Source: an uncultured Gemmatimonadales bacterium
GTDB taxonomy: Bacteria; Gemmatimonadota; Gemmatimonadetes; Gemmatimonadales; GWC2-71-9
Length of the DNA stretch: 64,000 nt
Reading direction: 5' to 3'
Assembly (NCBI GenBank): GCA_963771275.1
Contig: CAVYSW010000006.1
Coordinates: 64,001 to 128,000, forward strand
This document shows positions 1 through 12,146 of this stretch, piece by piece. The translations under genes and the position numbers were made by a program. The notes beneath the pieces were generated by a model. It made no database searches. It saw nothing but the letters and a program-made list of their open reading frames with translations, and had not been told where the DNA came from. Position 1 is the stretch's first letter. Every line of letters starts with the position of its first letter.

Positions 1-881
1 AAGTGCTTCAGCTCCGCCGTCAGCGGCTCGACGTTCGGCACGCGCGGGATGAAGATGTCGCCCTCGCGCACCGCCAGGCTCTCCCCGAACGACCGGTACT
101 CCGGTGGCCGGTCCACGCCCTTGTCGAAGATCTTGAGCTTCTCGCGAGGCTGCATGTCGTCGAAGACGACCATGCGCTTCGAGCCCACCACCGTCAGCCG
201 GCGCTCCTTGTGCGGGTCGAGCCACGACATCTGCACGTGCGCCATGGCGCCGCTCGGGAACTCCATCGTGAGGAACACGACGTCCTCGATACCGGGCTGG
301 AGGTAGCTCCGACCGCGCGCGGCCACGGCCACCGGCCGCTCCTGCAGCAGGTACAGCGCGACCGAAATGTCGTGCGGCCCGAAGCTCCACAGCGCGTTTT
401 CGTCCGGCCGCACCTGGCCGAGGTTGACCCGCTGACTGTAGAGGTAGAACGGCGCACCCAGCTCGCCGCCGGCCAGCATCTCGCGCAGCCGGACCACGGC
501 GGGGTGGAACAGCAGCAAGTGTCCGGCCACGACCGGCACGCCACGCCGCGCCGCGAGGTCGGCCACCCGCTCGGCGTCCTTGGTCGACAGGGCGAACGGC
601 TTCTCCACCAGCACGGGGAGACCCCGCTCGATCGCCGCGGTCGCCAGCGCCGCGTGACTCGCCGCCGAACTCGCAACGACGACCGCTTCGGCCGCCTCCA
701 GCGCTTGGTCGAGCGAGGCCGTCGCCAGCACGCCCGGATATTGCCGCCGCACCGCGTCGAGCTTCTTCTCGTCGAGATCACACACCGCCGCGAGCGTCGC
801 GTCGCTCAGCCCCGCGACCGTGCGCACGTGGTTGCGGCCCCACGCTCCCGCCCCGACAACCGCGATCTTGAGGCGGGTCAT
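1..881 (-). CDS. Gfo/Idh/MocA-family oxidoreductase (WbpB/WlbA-like), 3' end runs off the window
   Basis: ATG at 881 overlaps the stop of the aminotransferase (ATGA). Reads MTRLKIAVVGAGAWGRNHVR (Rossmann motif) and later EKPF. Not in the ORF track because there is no stop in the window. Confidence 0.85.
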   Translation of the reverse strand, partial: MTRLKIAVVGAGAWGRNHVRTVAGLSDATLAAVCDLDEKKLDAVRRQYPGVLATASLDQALEAAEAVVVASSAASHAALATAAIERGLPVLVEKPFALSTKDAERVADLAARRGVPVVAGHLLLFHPAVVRLREMLAGGELGAPFYLYSQRVNLGQVRPDENALWSFGPHDISVALYLLQERPVAVAARGRSYLQPGIEDVVFLTMEFPSGAMAHVQMSWLDPHKERRLTVVGSKRMVVFDDMQPREKLKIFDKGVDRPPEYRSFGESLAVREGDIFIPRVPNVEPLTAELKH

Positions 882-1990
882 CGCACGAACTCCCGGATCG
901 CGCCGACCACGGCCTCGCGTTGCTCGCCGGTGAGCTCGGGATAGACAGGGAGCGAAACCACCTCGCGCGCGGCACGCTCCGCCAGGGGGAACTGCCCTGC
1001 GCGATAGCCGAGCGCCGCAAAGCACGGCTGCAGGTGCAGCGGCTTGGGGTAGTAGACCGCGCATCCAATGCCGCGCTGCTTGAGCCAGGCCACGAGCTCG
1101 TCTCGGCGATCGCTCCGGATCGTGTATTGGTGGAAAATGTGCTCGTTGGCGGCGTCGGTCACGGGCGGCGTAATGCCGCGGAGGCCGGCCAGCGCCTCAT
1201 TGTAGAAGCTCGCGTGGGCACGGCGCCGGGCGCTCCAGTCAGCGAGGTGGGGGAGCTTGGCCTTGAGGACGACCGCCTGTAGCGTATCGAGCCGGCTGTT
1301 GGTCCCGATCTCCTCGTGGAAGTACTGCTTGGCCCCGCCGTGGACCCGCAGCTTGCGCAACCGCTCGCCCAGCGCGGCGTCCTGCGTCACCATCATCCCC
1401 CCGTCACCCCAGGCGCCGAGGTTCTTGCTCGGGAAGAACGAGAACGCGCCCACGGTGCCCAGCTCGCCCGCGACGCGCCATGCGCCATCGATCCGGCGCC
1501 GCGCGCCGATGGCCTGCGCCCCGTCCTCCACGACGGCAAGGCCGTGACGCTGGGCGAGCGGCAGCAGCCGCTCCAGCGGCGCCATCTGGCCGTAGAGATG
1601 CACCGGCACGATGGCGCGCGTGCGCGGCGTGATCGCGGCCTCGACCTGGACGGGGTCGAGATTGAACGTCGCGGGATCGATGTCCACGAACACCGGGCGG
1701 CCGCCCGCGTTCGCGATCGCCCCTGCCGTCGCGAAGAACGTAAACGGCGACGTGATCACCTCGTCGCCCGGCGCGAGCAGCGCCTTGAGGGGGATCAGGA
1801 GCGCATCGGTCCCGGATGCGCACGCGATCGCCTCGCGCGTCGCGCACAGCGCAGCCACCGCAGCCTCCAGCTCGCCGACCGCGGGTCCCATGATGAACTG
1901 CTGGGATTCGATCGCGGCCGTGAGGGCGGGCATCACCTCGTCGCGGATCGCCCGGAACTGCGCTTTCAAGTCGAGCAGCGGCACTGGCAT
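878..1990 (-). CDS. DegT/DnrJ/EryC1/StrS aminotransferase (WbpE/WlbC-like)
   Basis: ASGTDAL, PVHLYGQ, EDGAQA and SFFPSKNLGAWGDGG (PLP lysine) motifs. Confidence 0.93.
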   Translation of the reverse strand: MPVPLLDLKAQFRAIRDEVMPALTAAIESQQFIMGPAVGELEAAVAALCATREAIACASGTDALLIPLKALLAPGDEVITSPFTFFATAGAIANAGGRPVFVDIDPATFNLDPVQVEAAITPRTRAIVPVHLYGQMAPLERLLPLAQRHGLAVVEDGAQAIGARRRIDGAWRVAGELGTVGAFSFFPSKNLGAWGDGGMMVTQDAALGERLRKLRVHGGAKQYFHEEIGTNSRLDTLQAVVLKAKLPHLADWSARRRAHASFYNEALAGLRGITPPVTDAANEHIFHQYTIRSDRRDELVAWLKQRGIGCAVYYPKPLHLQPCFAALGYRAGQFPLAERAAREVVSLPVYPELTGEQREAVVGAIREFVR

Positions 1991-2043
1991 CGTCAGTCCA
2001 AGTCCAAGCAGGGGTGAAGCTTACCCAACCTCGCAGGCACCGG

Positions 2044-2613
2044 TCAAACCCGCTCGAGGTGGCCGCGTTGCTCCCGATACGCGGTCCCGCAGGCGGCGCA
2101 GGCGGCCTCCGCGCCCGCCAGACGCAGCCGCTCGCCGCATTGGCACATCCAGCCCACGCGCCGCGCCGGCACGCCGACCATGAGGGCATACGGGAGCACG
2201 TCCGACGTCACGACGGCGCCGGCCCCGATGAACGCGTACTCCCCCATCGTGATCCCGCACACCACCGTCGCGTTGGCGCCAATGCTCGCCCCGCGCCGCA
2301 CCAGCGTCTTGCGGTACTCGTGCTTGCGCGACACATGGCTCCGCGGGTTCAACACGTTCGTGAACACGCAGGACGGGCCGCAGAATACGTCGTCTTCCAG
2401 CTCGACGCCCTCGTAGATCGACACGTTGTTCTGGATCTTCACGTTGGTGCCGATGCGCGTTCCCGGCATGACCACGACATTCTGCCCCAGGCTGCAACGC
2501 TCTCCGATGACGGCCCCCCCCATGACGTGGCAGTAATGCCAGATCTTGGTGCCCGTGCCAATCACGGCCCCGTCGTCGACATACGAGCTTTCGTGCACGA
2601 AATAGTCAGCCAC
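2044..2613 (-). CDS. Hexapeptide-repeat N-acetyltransferase (WbpD/WlbB-like)
   Basis: [51 protein letters not shown]. Confidence 0.92.
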   Translation of the reverse strand: MADYFVHESSYVDDGAVIGTGTKIWHYCHVMGGAVIGERCSLGQNVVVMPGTRIGTNVKIQNNVSIYEGVELEDDVFCGPSCVFTNVLNPRSHVSRKHEYRKTLVRRGASIGANATVVCGITMGEYAFIGAGAVVTSDVLPYALMVGVPARRVGWMCQCGERLRLAGAEAACAACGTAYREQRGHLERV

Positions 2614-2646
2614 ATATCCTCCACCGCGCCGCGAGCGGATGACCGC

Positions 2647-3593
2647 TCACGGCACTCCGATGAGTTTGACCTCCAGCTCCAACTCCGTCGCGAACTCCGC
2701 GGCGACCCGCTCTCGTACCGCCTCGATGACGCGCAGCACGTCGTGCGCGGTGGCCCCGCCCGTGTTGACGATGTAGTTCGCGTGGATCCGCGACACCTCC
2801 GCCCCACCAACACGGAACCCCTTCATGCCCACGGCCTCAATCATCTGCCCCGCCGTCCGGCCCGCCCCCTGCCCCCCCTGCCCGTCTCGGTCCCCTGGAG
2901 CGGCGCGGCGGGGTTCCGAAACACCGATCCGCAGCACGGCTCGTTGAACGGCGTCCCCGCCTTACGCCACCTCAGGTGCTCGGCCACTTCTCTCTCGAGC
3001 CGAACCGGCTCGCCCGGCTCGAGCCGCAATTCCGCCCCCACGATGACGACGTCGACCAGTCCCGAGCCGCGGTACCGCCAGGCGATCCCATCCCCGCTCC
3101 GCCGCTCGACGGCGCCGGCGGCGGTGACCACGTCCACCTGGCGCACGACCTGACGGAACTCCTGGCCGTGGGCCCCCGCATTCATGAAGACCCCACCCCC
3201 GACCGTTCCGGGGACCCCCACCAGGCGCTGGACACCCGCCAAGCCTGCGGCGGCCGTCCAGCGCGCCAGCAGCGGTGTCGGGACTCCCGCACCCACGTAC
3301 CAGCGCGCGCCATCGCGCCCGACCTCGGCGAGTCCCTTGCCAATCCGCACGACGATGCCGCGGAGGCCCGAGTCCGCAACCAGCATGTTCGACCCCAGCC
3401 CCAGCGCGAGCCACGGCACTCCGGCATCTCGCGCAATATCCAGCGCCTGCACGACCTCATCGACCGTCCGGGGCTCCACCAGGGCATCCGCCGGTCCGCC
3501 GATCCGGTACGTCGTGTACGGCGCGACGGGCTCATCGAGCCGGAGCCGCTCGCCGAACACCGCGGCGAGCCGTCGCGCCAGCGACGCGGTCAT
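2647..3593 (-). CDS. murB: UDP-N-acetylenolpyruvoylglucosamine reductase; frameshifted near 2865-2880 (probable sequence error)
   Basis: [33 protein letters not shown] and CGSVFRNP in one frame; [17 protein letters not shown] and ELELEV in the neighbouring frame. ATG at 3593 overlaps the carB stop. Confidence 0.9.
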
Positions 3594-6500
3594 GGCTTCG
3601 CGGTCGCGCCGAACAGCCTCCCGGCCTGTCCCAGCCAGCGCTCCGCCATGCCGGTCGTCTGATACCATTCCTGCAGGCACCGCACCTGACCCTCCCGGCT
3701 GCGCAGCGCCAGGATCGCGTCGCACGCGGCGCTCGCGGCGGACATGGTCGTGGTATACGGCAGGCGATGCTGCAACGCCGTGCGCCGCATCAGGTAGTCA
3801 TCGCGCTGCGTCAGCTTGCCAAGCGGCGTGTTGATCAGCAGGTGGACCTTCCCTGATGTGATGAGGTCAATCACGTTAGGTCGGCCCTCGTGGACCTTCG
3901 CCACCCGAGTCGCGGGAACCCCGCGCGCGCTGAGGAAGCGCGCCGTGCCGTCCGTGGCGAGAATGTCGAACCCCATCTCGTGAAACCGCCGCACGATCGG
4001 CAGCACGGTGCGCTTGTCGTTGTCGTTCACGGTGACGAAGATGGTCCCGGACAGCGGCAGCGCCCCGTCGGCGCCGATCTGGGCCTTGGCGAACGCCATC
4101 CCGAAGCTGTCGGCGATGCCCATCACCTCGCCGGTGGAGCGCATCTCCGGGCCGAGGATCGTGTCCACGTTGGGCAGCTTGGCGAACGGGAACACCGCCT
4201 CCTTGACCGCGACGTACGGAATCACGACCTCATCGGGCACGCCTGCCTCGTCGAGCGACTGCCCGACCATCACCGCGGCCGCGAGCTTGGCCAGCGGTAC
4301 CCCCGTCGCCTTGCTCACGAACGGCACCGTGCGGGAGCCGCGCGGGTTTACCTCGAGCACATACACGACGCCGCCCTTGATGGCGTACTGGACGTTGAGC
4401 AACCCCACCACGCCGAGCGCCTTCGCAAAGGCGCGCGTGTGGGCGCGCATCTCGTCGACCGCTTCTTCCGTGATCAGGTAGGGGGGCAGGACGCAGGCCG
4501 AGTCCCCCGAGTGAATGCCGGCGTCCTCGATGTGCTGCATGACCCCGCCGATGGCGCAGCGGTTTCCATCCGAGATGGCATCGACGTCGGCCTCGAAGGC
4601 GTCCTCGAGAAAGTGATCGATCAGCACCGGGTGATCGGGGGAGACCCGTGCCGCCGTCTCGAAGAACCGCCGCAGCGATGCCTCATCGTACACGATCTCC
4701 ATCGCGCGCCCGCCAAGCACGTAGGAGGGCCGCACCAAAACGGGGAACCCGATGCGCGCGGCAACTGCGACCGCTTCGTCCACCGTCCGTCGCCGTGCCG
4801 TTGGGCGGCTGGGCCACTCCGAGGGTCCGCGCGATCTCCTCGAAGCGGCGCCGATCCTCCGCCAGGTCGATCGCTTCGGGGCTGGTGCCGAGGATCGCCA
4901 CGCCCGCAGCCTCGAGGCCTCTGGCCAGCTTGAGCGGGGTCTGACCGCCAAGCTGCACGATCACGCCCTTGGGATGCTCGACCCGAACGATCTCGAGCAC
5001 ATCCTCCAGGGTGAGCGGCTCGAAGTAGAGCTTGTCGGAGATGTCGAAATCGGTAGACACCGTCTCCGGATTCGAGTTGATCATGATCGTGCGGTAGCCC
5101 AGCTCGCGGAGTGCGAGGCCCGCCCGTACACAGCAATAATCGAACTCCACCCCCTGCCCGATCCGGTTGGGCCCGCTGCCGAGGATGACGATCCCCTGCG
5201 AGCCGACCGGCTCCGACTCGTTCTCCTCGTCGTAGGACGAGTACAGGTACGGCGTACTGGACGGAAACTCGCCGGCGCACGTGTCCACGATCTTGAACGC
5301 CGGGTGCACGTCGAGCGCCCAGCGCTGCTCCCGCACCGCCTGCTCGGACTCGGCACGCAGGTCCGCGAGCTGCCGGTCCGAAAACCCCATGCGCTTCATC
5401 GCCCGCAGCAGCTCCGCGTCCACCGACGCGGCGGCGCGATAGCGCTGCTCCGCCTCGACCAGCTCCTGCAGCTGGTGGAGGAACCACGGGTCGATCGCCG
5501 TACGGTCGGCGATTTCCCCGATGGAGAACCCCGCCACGAGCGCCCGCTTGATCTGGAAGATCCGCTCCGGCGTCGGGCGTCCCAGCACCGCGCGCAATTC
5601 CTCGGCGTCCCCCGATTCCAGACGGTCGTCGTCCGGCCGCCTGCCGATCACCCAGCCGGGACGATCGATCTCGAGCGCCCGCAGCCCCTTCTGGAACGCC
5701 TCCTTGAAGGTGCGGCCGATCGCCATGGACTCGCCGACGGACTTCATCTGGGTCGTGAGCGTCGCGTCGGCGGTGGGGAACTTCTCGAACGCGAAGCGCG
5801 GGCACTTCACCACCACGTAGTCGAGCACCGGCTCGAACGAGGCCGGGGTCGTCTTCGTGATGTCGTTCGGCAGCTCGTCGAGCGTGAATCCGACGGCGAG
5901 CTTGGCGCCGATCCGGGCGATCGGAAACCCCGTGGCCTTCGACGCGAGCGCGGACGACCGGGACACCCGCGGGTTCATCTCGATCACGAGCTGCTCGCCG
6001 GTCCGCGGATGGACCGCGAACTGAATGTTGCAGCCGCCCGCGGCGACGCCGATCTCGCGGATGATCGCGATCGCGGCATCGCGCATCCGCTGGTACTCGC
6101 GATCGGTCAGCGTCATCGCGGGGGCAACCGTGATCGAGTCCCCGGTATGGATGCCCATCGGGTCGAGATTCTCGATCGAGCAGACGATCACCACGTTGTC
6201 GCGACAGTCCCGCATCACCTCCAGCTCGAATTCCTTCCAGCCGAGCGCCGACTGCTCGACCAGCGCCGTGTGCGTCGGCGAGAGATCGAGCCCACGCGCG
6301 ATCATCTCGCGGAACTCGTCGTCGTTGTACGCGACGCCGCCCCCCGTGCCACCCAGGGTGAACGACGGGCGGATGATCGCCGGATAGGACGTGTCGTCGA
6401 CCACCGCCAGCGCTTCGTCCACCGAGCCCACCATCGATCCGCGCGGTACGGCGAGACCGATGCGCCGCATGGCTTCCGCGAACGCCCGCCGGTCCTCGGC

Positions 6501-6875
6501 CATGTGGATGGCGCGCGCGTCGGCGCCGATCAACTCGACCCCGAATCGCTCGAGCGTCCCATCCCGGTGCAGCGCCATCGCCACGTTCAGCGCCGTCTGC
6601 CCGCCCATCGTCGGCAGCAGCGCGTCCGGCCGCTCCCGTTCGATCACCTTGGCAACCCACGGTGCCGTGACGGGCTCGATGTAGGTGCGATCGGCAATCT
6701 CGGGGTCCGTCATGATCGTGGCCGGGTTGGAGTTGACCAGGATCACCCGGTACCCCTCCTCCCGCAGCGCCTTCACGGCCTGCGTGCCCGAATAGTCGAA
6801 CTCGGCCGCCTGGCCGATCACGATCGGACCGGAGCCGACCAGCAGGATGCTGCCGATGTCAGAGCGCTTCGGCAC
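3590..6875 (-). CDS. carB: Carbamoyl-phosphate synthase large subunit; frameshifted near 4787 (probable sequence error)
   Basis: [30 protein letters not shown]-terminus (GTG 6875). Second ATP-grasp half ([17 protein letters not shown]) and MGS domain are in the shifted frame. Confidence 0.93.
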
Positions 6876-7791
6876 GAGCCACCTCTGCGAGGGCGTCGTC
6901 CAGCGTGCGGCGCGGGGCCCACCCCGTCCCGTCCCGCAACCGGGTCGCATCGCCCACCAGGTGCGGGATATCCGCCTGCCGCACGAGTGCCGGGTCCGGC
7001 GCCGCCGTGATGCGGCCGCCGATCATCACCCGCAAGCGCTCGAGCACCTCTCCGATGCTCACCCCCAGCCCGCTCGCGATGTTGTACGCCGATCCCGGCT
7101 CCCCCCGCTCGAGCAGCGCCACGTACGCGTCAACCACGTCGTCCACGTGCAGAAAGTCGCGCACCGGCGCGAGGTTCCCCACCGGGATCGTGGTGGCCCC
7201 GTCGCGCCGCGCCGCGGCGAGCCGACGCGCGAACGCCGGCACGACGGCTCGATCCGTCTGGCCGGCTCCGGTGTGCGGGAACGGGCGGGCCACGATCACG
7301 GCGAGCCCGGTGCGGCGCTGCACCTCGAAGGCGGCCACTTCCGCCCCGAGCTTGGAGGCCGCATACGGTGAGCACGGCAGTAGTGCATCGGTCTCCCGGC
7401 GCACCCGCTGCCCCACGCCGACGCCGTACACCTCCGCGGTGGAGACCACCAGCACCCGCGCGTCCCGGCCGCTCCGCTCCCGCACGCCGACCACCGCTTC
7501 GCACAGCCGCGCCGTTCCGGCCGCGTTCACCTCCCAGGCCGTCCCCGGATCCCGCCGGGCTTCCGTGCCGGACGCGACGGCGGCGAGATGCACGACCGCG
7601 TCGAAGCCGGGTGCGACGCACGCCGCCACCGAACCGGCCTGCCGCAGCTCCAGCCGCACGGTCGGGATGCCGTCCGGAAACGGGGGGGCGACGCCCTGCA
7701 CGGCAGCCACGACGGCATACCCCGCCTCCGCAAGGCGCGGGACCAGTCGGCGGCCCACGAATCCGTCGGCCCCGGTGACCAGAACCCTCAC
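6859..7791 (-). CDS. NAD-dependent epimerase/reductase, GDP-4-keto-6-deoxy-D-mannose reductase (Rmd)-like
   Basis: [43 protein letters not shown] overlaps the gmd stop. Confidence 0.8.
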   Translation of the reverse strand: MRVLVTGADGFVGRRLVPRLAEAGYAVVAAVQGVAPPFPDGIPTVRLELRQAGSVAACVAPGFDAVVHLAAVASGTEARRDPGTAWEVNAAGTARLCEAVVGVRERSGRDARVLVVSTAEVYGVGVGQRVRRETDALLPCSPYAASKLGAEVAAFEVQRRTGLAVIVARPFPHTGAGQTDRAVVPAFARRLAAARRDGATTIPVGNLAPVRDFLHVDDVVDAYVALLERGEPGSAYNIASGLGVSIGEVLERLRVMIGGRITAAPDPALVRQADIPHLVGDATRLRDGTGWAPRRTLDDALAEVARAEAL

Positions 7792-8753
7792 CGGCGGGCC
7801 TGGAGCCGCCCGAGGTCGGCGTCCACCATCATGACGACGAGGTCCTGGAACCCGACGGTCGGCCGCCAATCGAGCGCCGTCCGGGCCTTGCTGGCGTCGG
7901 CGAGCAGCAGGTCCACCTCCGCCGGTCGCACGTATCGCGGATCCACCGTGACGTGGCGGCGCCAGTCGAGTCCGACGTGCGCGAACGCCAGCTCGGCGAA
8001 TTCCTGCACCGAGTGGGTCTCGCCGGTGCCGATCACGTAGTCGTCCGCAGCCGGCTGCTGCAGCATGCGCCACATCACCTCGACGTAGTCCCCGGCGTAG
8101 CCCCAGTCCCTCCTGGCCTCGAGGTTTCCGAGGCGCAGGTCGTTGGCCAGGCCGAGTTTGATGCGGGCGACGCTGTGCGTGATCTTGCGTGTGACGAACT
8201 CCAGGCCGCGCCGCGGCGACTCGTGGTTGAACAGGATGCCGCTCACCGCATAGAGGCCGTAGGACTCGCGGTAGTTCACGGTGATCCAGTGGCCGTAGAC
8301 CTTCGCCACCCCGTAGGGCGACCGGGGGTGAAACGGCGTGCGCTCGTTCTGCGGAACGGCCTCCGCCTTGCCGAACATCTCCGAGGAGCTGGCCTGGTAG
8401 AGTCGGGCCGTGGGATGGGCGAGCCGGATCGCTTCGAGCAGCCGCGTGACGCCGAGCGCCGTGAACTCCCCCGTCAGCACGGGCTGGCTCCACGAGGTCG
8501 GCACGAAGCTCTGCGCCGCGAGGTTGTACACCTCGTCGGGCTCGACGTCGCGGACGACCATGGTCATCGAGTGCTGGTCGAGCAGGTCGGCGGGCACGAT
8601 CTCGACCTTGTCGAGCAGATGGCCGATGCGCTCATAGGAATCGTGCGACGTGCGCCGCACGACCCCAACCACGCGATAGCCCTTCGCCAGCAGGAACTCG
8701 GCGAGGTAGGATCCGTCCTGACCCGTCACCCCGGTGATCAATGCGGTTGGCAT
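7788..8753 (-). CDS. gmd: GDP-mannose 4,6-dehydratase
   Basis: [45 protein letters not shown]. Confidence 0.95.
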   Translation of the reverse strand: MPTALITGVTGQDGSYLAEFLLAKGYRVVGVVRRTSHDSYERIGHLLDKVEIVPADLLDQHSMTMVVRDVEPDEVYNLAAQSFVPTSWSQPVLTGEFTALGVTRLLEAIRLAHPTARLYQASSSEMFGKAEAVPQNERTPFHPRSPYGVAKVYGHWITVNYRESYGLYAVSGILFNHESPRRGLEFVTRKITHSVARIKLGLANDLRLGNLEARRDWGYAGDYVEVMWRMLQQPAADDYVIGTGETHSVQEFAELAFAHVGLDWRRHVTVDPRYVRPAEVDLLLADASKARTALDWRPTVGFQDLVVMMVDADLGRLQARR

Positions 8754-8845
8754 CGTCCCCAGCCTCTTGGCTTGAATAGAGGGCATCGTTCAGCTAGTAT
8801 TCGTGTCTGCCAGCTTTCCGTCACTCTTGGAGTCCGAGCGGTCGT

Positions 8846-9061
8846 ATGGCGCGAGTGTGTGATATTTGCGGCAAGGGGCCCACGACAGGCCACAACGTGA
8901 GCCACGCCAACAACAAGACGAACCGGCGCTGGTACCCCAACCTCCAGTCCGTCCGCGTGCTGGTGGACGGCAAGCCCCGCCGCCTGCGCGCCTGTACCCA
9001 GTGTATCAAGTCGGGGAGGGTCATCAAGGCACCCCGGGGTCCCGCCGCGGCGGCGTCCTGA
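8846..9061 (+). CDS. rpmB: 50S ribosomal protein L28
   Basis: [34 protein letters not shown]. Confidence 0.96.
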   Translation: MARVCDICGKGPTTGHNVSHANNKTNRRWYPNLQSVRVLVDGKPRRLRACTQCIKSGRVIKAPRGPAAAAS

Positions 9062-9092
9062 CGTCCACACGACAGCCTGCTGGTAGATAGAA

Positions 9093-9118
9093 AAATGGGG
9101 ACCCTCGGGTCCCCGTTT
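9093..9118. terminator. Bidirectional intrinsic terminator between convergent rpmB and rplQ
   Basis: AAATGGGGACC-CTCG-GGTCCCCGTTT hairpin with an A-run on the left and a T-run on the right. Confidence 0.7.
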
Positions 9119-9141
9119 CCGTTGCCGGCGGCGTGGCCCGC

Positions 9142-9498
9142 TCACTCGGCCAGGAGCTCGATTCGGGCCAGCTCGGCTCCGTCACCCGGCCGGTGCCCCA
9201 GCTTCACGATCCGCGTGTAGCCGCCGGGCCGGCTGGCGAAGCGCGGGCCGATCTCGGCGAACAGACGGCCGCTCACGTCCCGGTCACGCACCCGGCGCTC
9301 GACGAGTCGGCGGGCATGCAGGTCGCCGCGCCGCGCCAGCGTGATGAGCCGCTCGGCGAACGGGCGCAGCTCCTTGGCTTTGGCTTCGGTCGTCACGACG
9401 CGGTCGTGCCGGAACAGCGACGTGACCATGTTGTTCAACATGGCGCGCTTGTGACTGGCCGTCCGGCTGAGCTGCCGACCCTTGCTGCGGTGCCGCAT
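9142..9498 (-). CDS. rplQ: 50S ribosomal protein L17
   Basis: MRHRSKGRQLSRTASHKRAML; RPGGYTRIVKLG. Confidence 0.97.
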   Translation of the reverse strand: MRHRSKGRQLSRTASHKRAMLNNMVTSLFRHDRVVTTEAKAKELRPFAERLITLARRGDLHARRLVERRVRDRDVSGRLFAEIGPRFASRPGGYTRIVKLGHRPGDGAELARIELLAE

Positions 9499-9503
9499 GG
9501 CCC

Positions 9504-10550
9504 CTACTCCTGCCCGACCGGCGCATCAGGCACGCCCATCGCCAAGGGCGGCCGCCCCGGGTTGGTCACGACGACCTGGCCCTCCTGCTCTTCCCACTCC
9601 ATGCCGAAGTTGAGCTGCTCGCGGCGCAACAGATCCGCGATCTCGGCCAGCGCCTTCTCGCCGACGTTCTTCACTTTCAGCAGCTCATCCTCATCGAGGC
9701 GGACCAGGTCACCAAGGGTGCTGATGCTCGAGTTCTTGAGGGAATTGATCGACCGTACGGACAGGCCGCATTCGTCGATCGGCTTGCGGAGCGCGTCGCG
9801 CCGCGCATCGGCCGAAAGGTCGATGCCCGGCGCCTGCGGTATCCGGCCGAAGTTGAGGAACGGGTGGACGTGCTCCTGGAGCAGGGCGGCGGCGTAGGCC
9901 AGCGCGTCCTCGGGGGAGATCGTCCCGTTCGTTTCGACCGTCACCGTGAGGCGGTCGTAGTCCGTGCGCTGGCCCACCCGGGTCTCGGCCACCGTGAAGT
10001 TCGCCCGCCGGACCGGATTGTAGATCGCGTCGATGCGGACCAGATCCACCGGCAGCGACCGGTCGGCGGGATGCTGTGAGGCCTCGACGTAGCCCCTGCC
10101 CTTGTTGACGTACAGCTCGCCGGAAATCTCCCGATCTTCCTGTAGCGTAAACAGCAGCTGATCTGGGTAGACCACCCGGACGCTGCCGTGCGCCTGGATG
10201 TCGCGGGCATACACGGGACCGGCCTTCCGGGCCGACACGTGCAGCACCACTTCGTCCACGTCTTCCGCCATGACGAGCGTCAGCTGCTTCAGGCGCTGGA
10301 TGATCTGGTGGATGTCCTCCACCACGCCCGGCACGGTCTGGTGCTCGTGCACCACCCCGTCGAGGCGGAATGCCCACACCGCGGTCCCCCGCAGGGAGGA
10401 CAGCAACATCCGGCGGAGCGAGTTGCCCAGCGTGTATCCGTACCCACGCTCGAGCGGCTGGAGACGGAATTCGGCCGCGAACGGGTTGTCTTCCCGCTTC
10501 GTCATGTCGACGACGTTGGGCCGGACGAGGCCAGTGAGATCGATGGTCAT
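9504..10550 (-). CDS. rpoA: RNA polymerase alpha subunit
   Basis: PLERGYGYTLGNSLRRMLLSS; C-terminal domain LSVRSINSL..NVGEKALAEI. Confidence 0.97.
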   Translation of the reverse strand: MTIDLTGLVRPNVVDMTKREDNPFAAEFRLQPLERGYGYTLGNSLRRMLLSSLRGTAVWAFRLDGVVHEHQTVPGVVEDIHQIIQRLKQLTLVMAEDVDEVVLHVSARKAGPVYARDIQAHGSVRVVYPDQLLFTLQEDREISGELYVNKGRGYVEASQHPADRSLPVDLVRIDAIYNPVRRANFTVAETRVGQRTDYDRLTVTVETNGTISPEDALAYAAALLQEHVHPFLNFGRIPQAPGIDLSADARRDALRKPIDECGLSVRSINSLKNSSISTLGDLVRLDEDELLKVKNVGEKALAEIADLLRREQLNFGMEWEEQEGQVVVTNPGRPPLAMGVPDAPVGQE

Positions 10551-10551
10551 A

Positions 10552-11187
10552 TCACTTCGAGTAGAGCTCGACGATCAGCTGTTCCTGCGCGGCCACCGGA
10601 ATCGCGTCCCGCGTAGGCAGCTCGGTCAGTTTGCCGACCGCTTGGCTGGCGTCGACGGCTAGCCAGGCGATGGGCGCCCCGCGCGCGGCGCCCTCGAGTG
10701 CTGCATGCACGCTGGCGAGGTCCCGGCTGCCCTCCGCCACCCGCACTTCGTCGTGCGCATCGACCCGGTACGACGGGACGTCCACGATGCGTCCGTTCAC
10801 CAGAATGTGGCGATGGCGCACGAGCTGCCGGGCCGCCTTGCGGCTCGCGGCGAACCCGATGCGATACACGATGTTGTCCAGGCGGCACTCGAGCGCGATC
10901 AGGAGGTTGGCGCCCGTCACGCCCGGCTCCTCCTTCACCCGCTCGAACGTGTTGCGGAACTGCCGCTCGGTCAGCCCGTAGATCCGTTTCACCTTCTGCT
11001 TCTCACGCAGCTGCCGGGAGTAGTCGGACGCCTTGCGCCGCCGCGCCGTGGACTGCCCATGCTGGCCCGGTGCGTAGCCGCGCCGCTCGAACGCGCACTT
11101 CTCGGTGAGGCACCGCGTTCCCTTGAGGAACAGCTTGGTGCCCTCCCGACGGCACAGCCGGCACACGCCTCCGGTATAGCGCGACAT
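10552..11187 (-). CDS. rpsD: 30S ribosomal protein S4
   Basis: MSRYTGGVCRLCRREG, QLREKQK, LECRLDN, IVELYSK. Confidence 0.97.
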   Translation of the reverse strand: MSRYTGGVCRLCRREGTKLFLKGTRCLTEKCAFERRGYAPGQHGQSTARRRKASDYSRQLREKQKVKRIYGLTERQFRNTFERVKEEPGVTGANLLIALECRLDNIVYRIGFAASRKAARQLVRHRHILVNGRIVDVPSYRVDAHDEVRVAEGSRDLASVHAALEGAARGAPIAWLAVDASQAVGKLTELPTRDAIPVAAQEQLIVELYSK

Positions 11188-11190
11188 GGC

Positions 11191-11607
11191 CTAGACCCGC
11201 CGTTTCTTGGGCGGACGACAGCCGTTGTGCGGGATCGGCGTCACGTCCCGAATCGACAGGATCTGCAGACCACTGGTCGCCAATGCCTGCACCGCCGACT
11301 CGCGGCCAGCCCCCGGTCCCTGCACCCGGACGTGCACCCGTCGCACCCCCTGGTTCAGGGCGTCCCGCCCACAATTCTCCGCCGCCACCGTTGCGGCGAA
11401 CGACGTGGACTTCTTGGAACCCTTGAATCCCGACTTGCCCGCCGAACCCCACGAGATGGCGTTGCCCCGGGAGTCGGTAATGGTGATGAGCGTGTTGTTG
11501 AAGGTCGCGGTGATGTGGGCGACCCCCTCCGACTCCACGACCTTCTTGGAGCGCTTCGGTCCCGCGGCGGCGGGTGTCGGCTGCGTTGGCTGGGTAGGTT
11601 GCGTCAT
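11191..11607 (-). CDS. rpsK: 30S ribosomal protein S11
   Basis: [40 protein letters not shown] at 11607 directly follows rpsM. Confidence 0.96.
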   Translation of the reverse strand: MTQPTQPTQPTPAAAGPKRSKKVVESEGVAHITATFNNTLITITDSRGNAISWGSAGKSGFKGSKKSTSFAATVAAENCGRDALNQGVRRVHVRVQGPGAGRESAVQALATSGLQILSIRDVTPIPHNGCRPPKKRRV

Positions 11608-11608
11608 C

Positions 11609-11989
11609 TCACTTCTTGATCGCTTTCTTCTTTCCGGCAATGGCGCGCCGCGGACCCTTCTTGGTCCGGGCGTTGGTATGCGTGCGCTGGCCCCGGGTCG
11701 GCAGGCCGCGCTTGTGGCGGGTCCCACGGTAGGCGCCGATGTCCATCAGGCGCTTGATGCTCATCGCGACTTCCGTACGCAGGGCTCCTTCAACCCGCAC
11801 CCCGCGCTCGATCGCCTGGCGCAGTCGCGCGACCTCCGCGTCGGACAGGTCACGGACCCGCGTGTCCGCACTGATCGCGGTCTCGTCGAGGATGCGCCGG
11901 GAAGTGGGGACCCCAACGCCGAAGATGTAGGTCAGGGCGATCTCGACCCGCTTGTCGCGTGGGAGATCGACACCGGCTATACGCGCCAT
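11609..11989 (-). CDS. rpsM: 30S ribosomal protein S13
   Basis: [40 protein letters not shown]. Confidence 0.97.
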   Translation of the reverse strand: MARIAGVDLPRDKRVEIALTYIFGVGVPTSRRILDETAISADTRVRDLSDAEVARLRQAIERGVRVEGALRTEVAMSIKRLMDIGAYRGTRHKRGLPTRGQRTHTNARTKKGPRRAIAGKKKAIKK

Positions 11990-11990
11990 G

Positions 11991-12107
11991 CTAGCCCTGT
12001 CGCTGCTTGTGCTTGGGGTTGCGCTTGCAGATGACCCGCGTCACACCACGACGACGAATCACCTTGCAATGCTCGCAAATCGGCTTCACGCTCGAACGAA
12101 CCTTCAC
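11991..12107 (-). CDS. rpmJ: 50S ribosomal protein L36 (Zn-binding type)
   Basis: GTG start; [37 protein letters not shown]. Confidence 0.95.
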   Translation of the reverse strand: MKVRSSVKPICEHCKVIRRRGVTRVICKRNPKHKQRQG

Positions 12108-12146
12108 AGACGCACTCCGGCCAGGATTTCCGCAGACAGAAAGGTG

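Noticed and set aside
4770..4800. Programmed frameshift or natural split of carB
   Set aside because: No slippery sequence and no restart site at a domain boundary; a single extra base is the simpler explanation.
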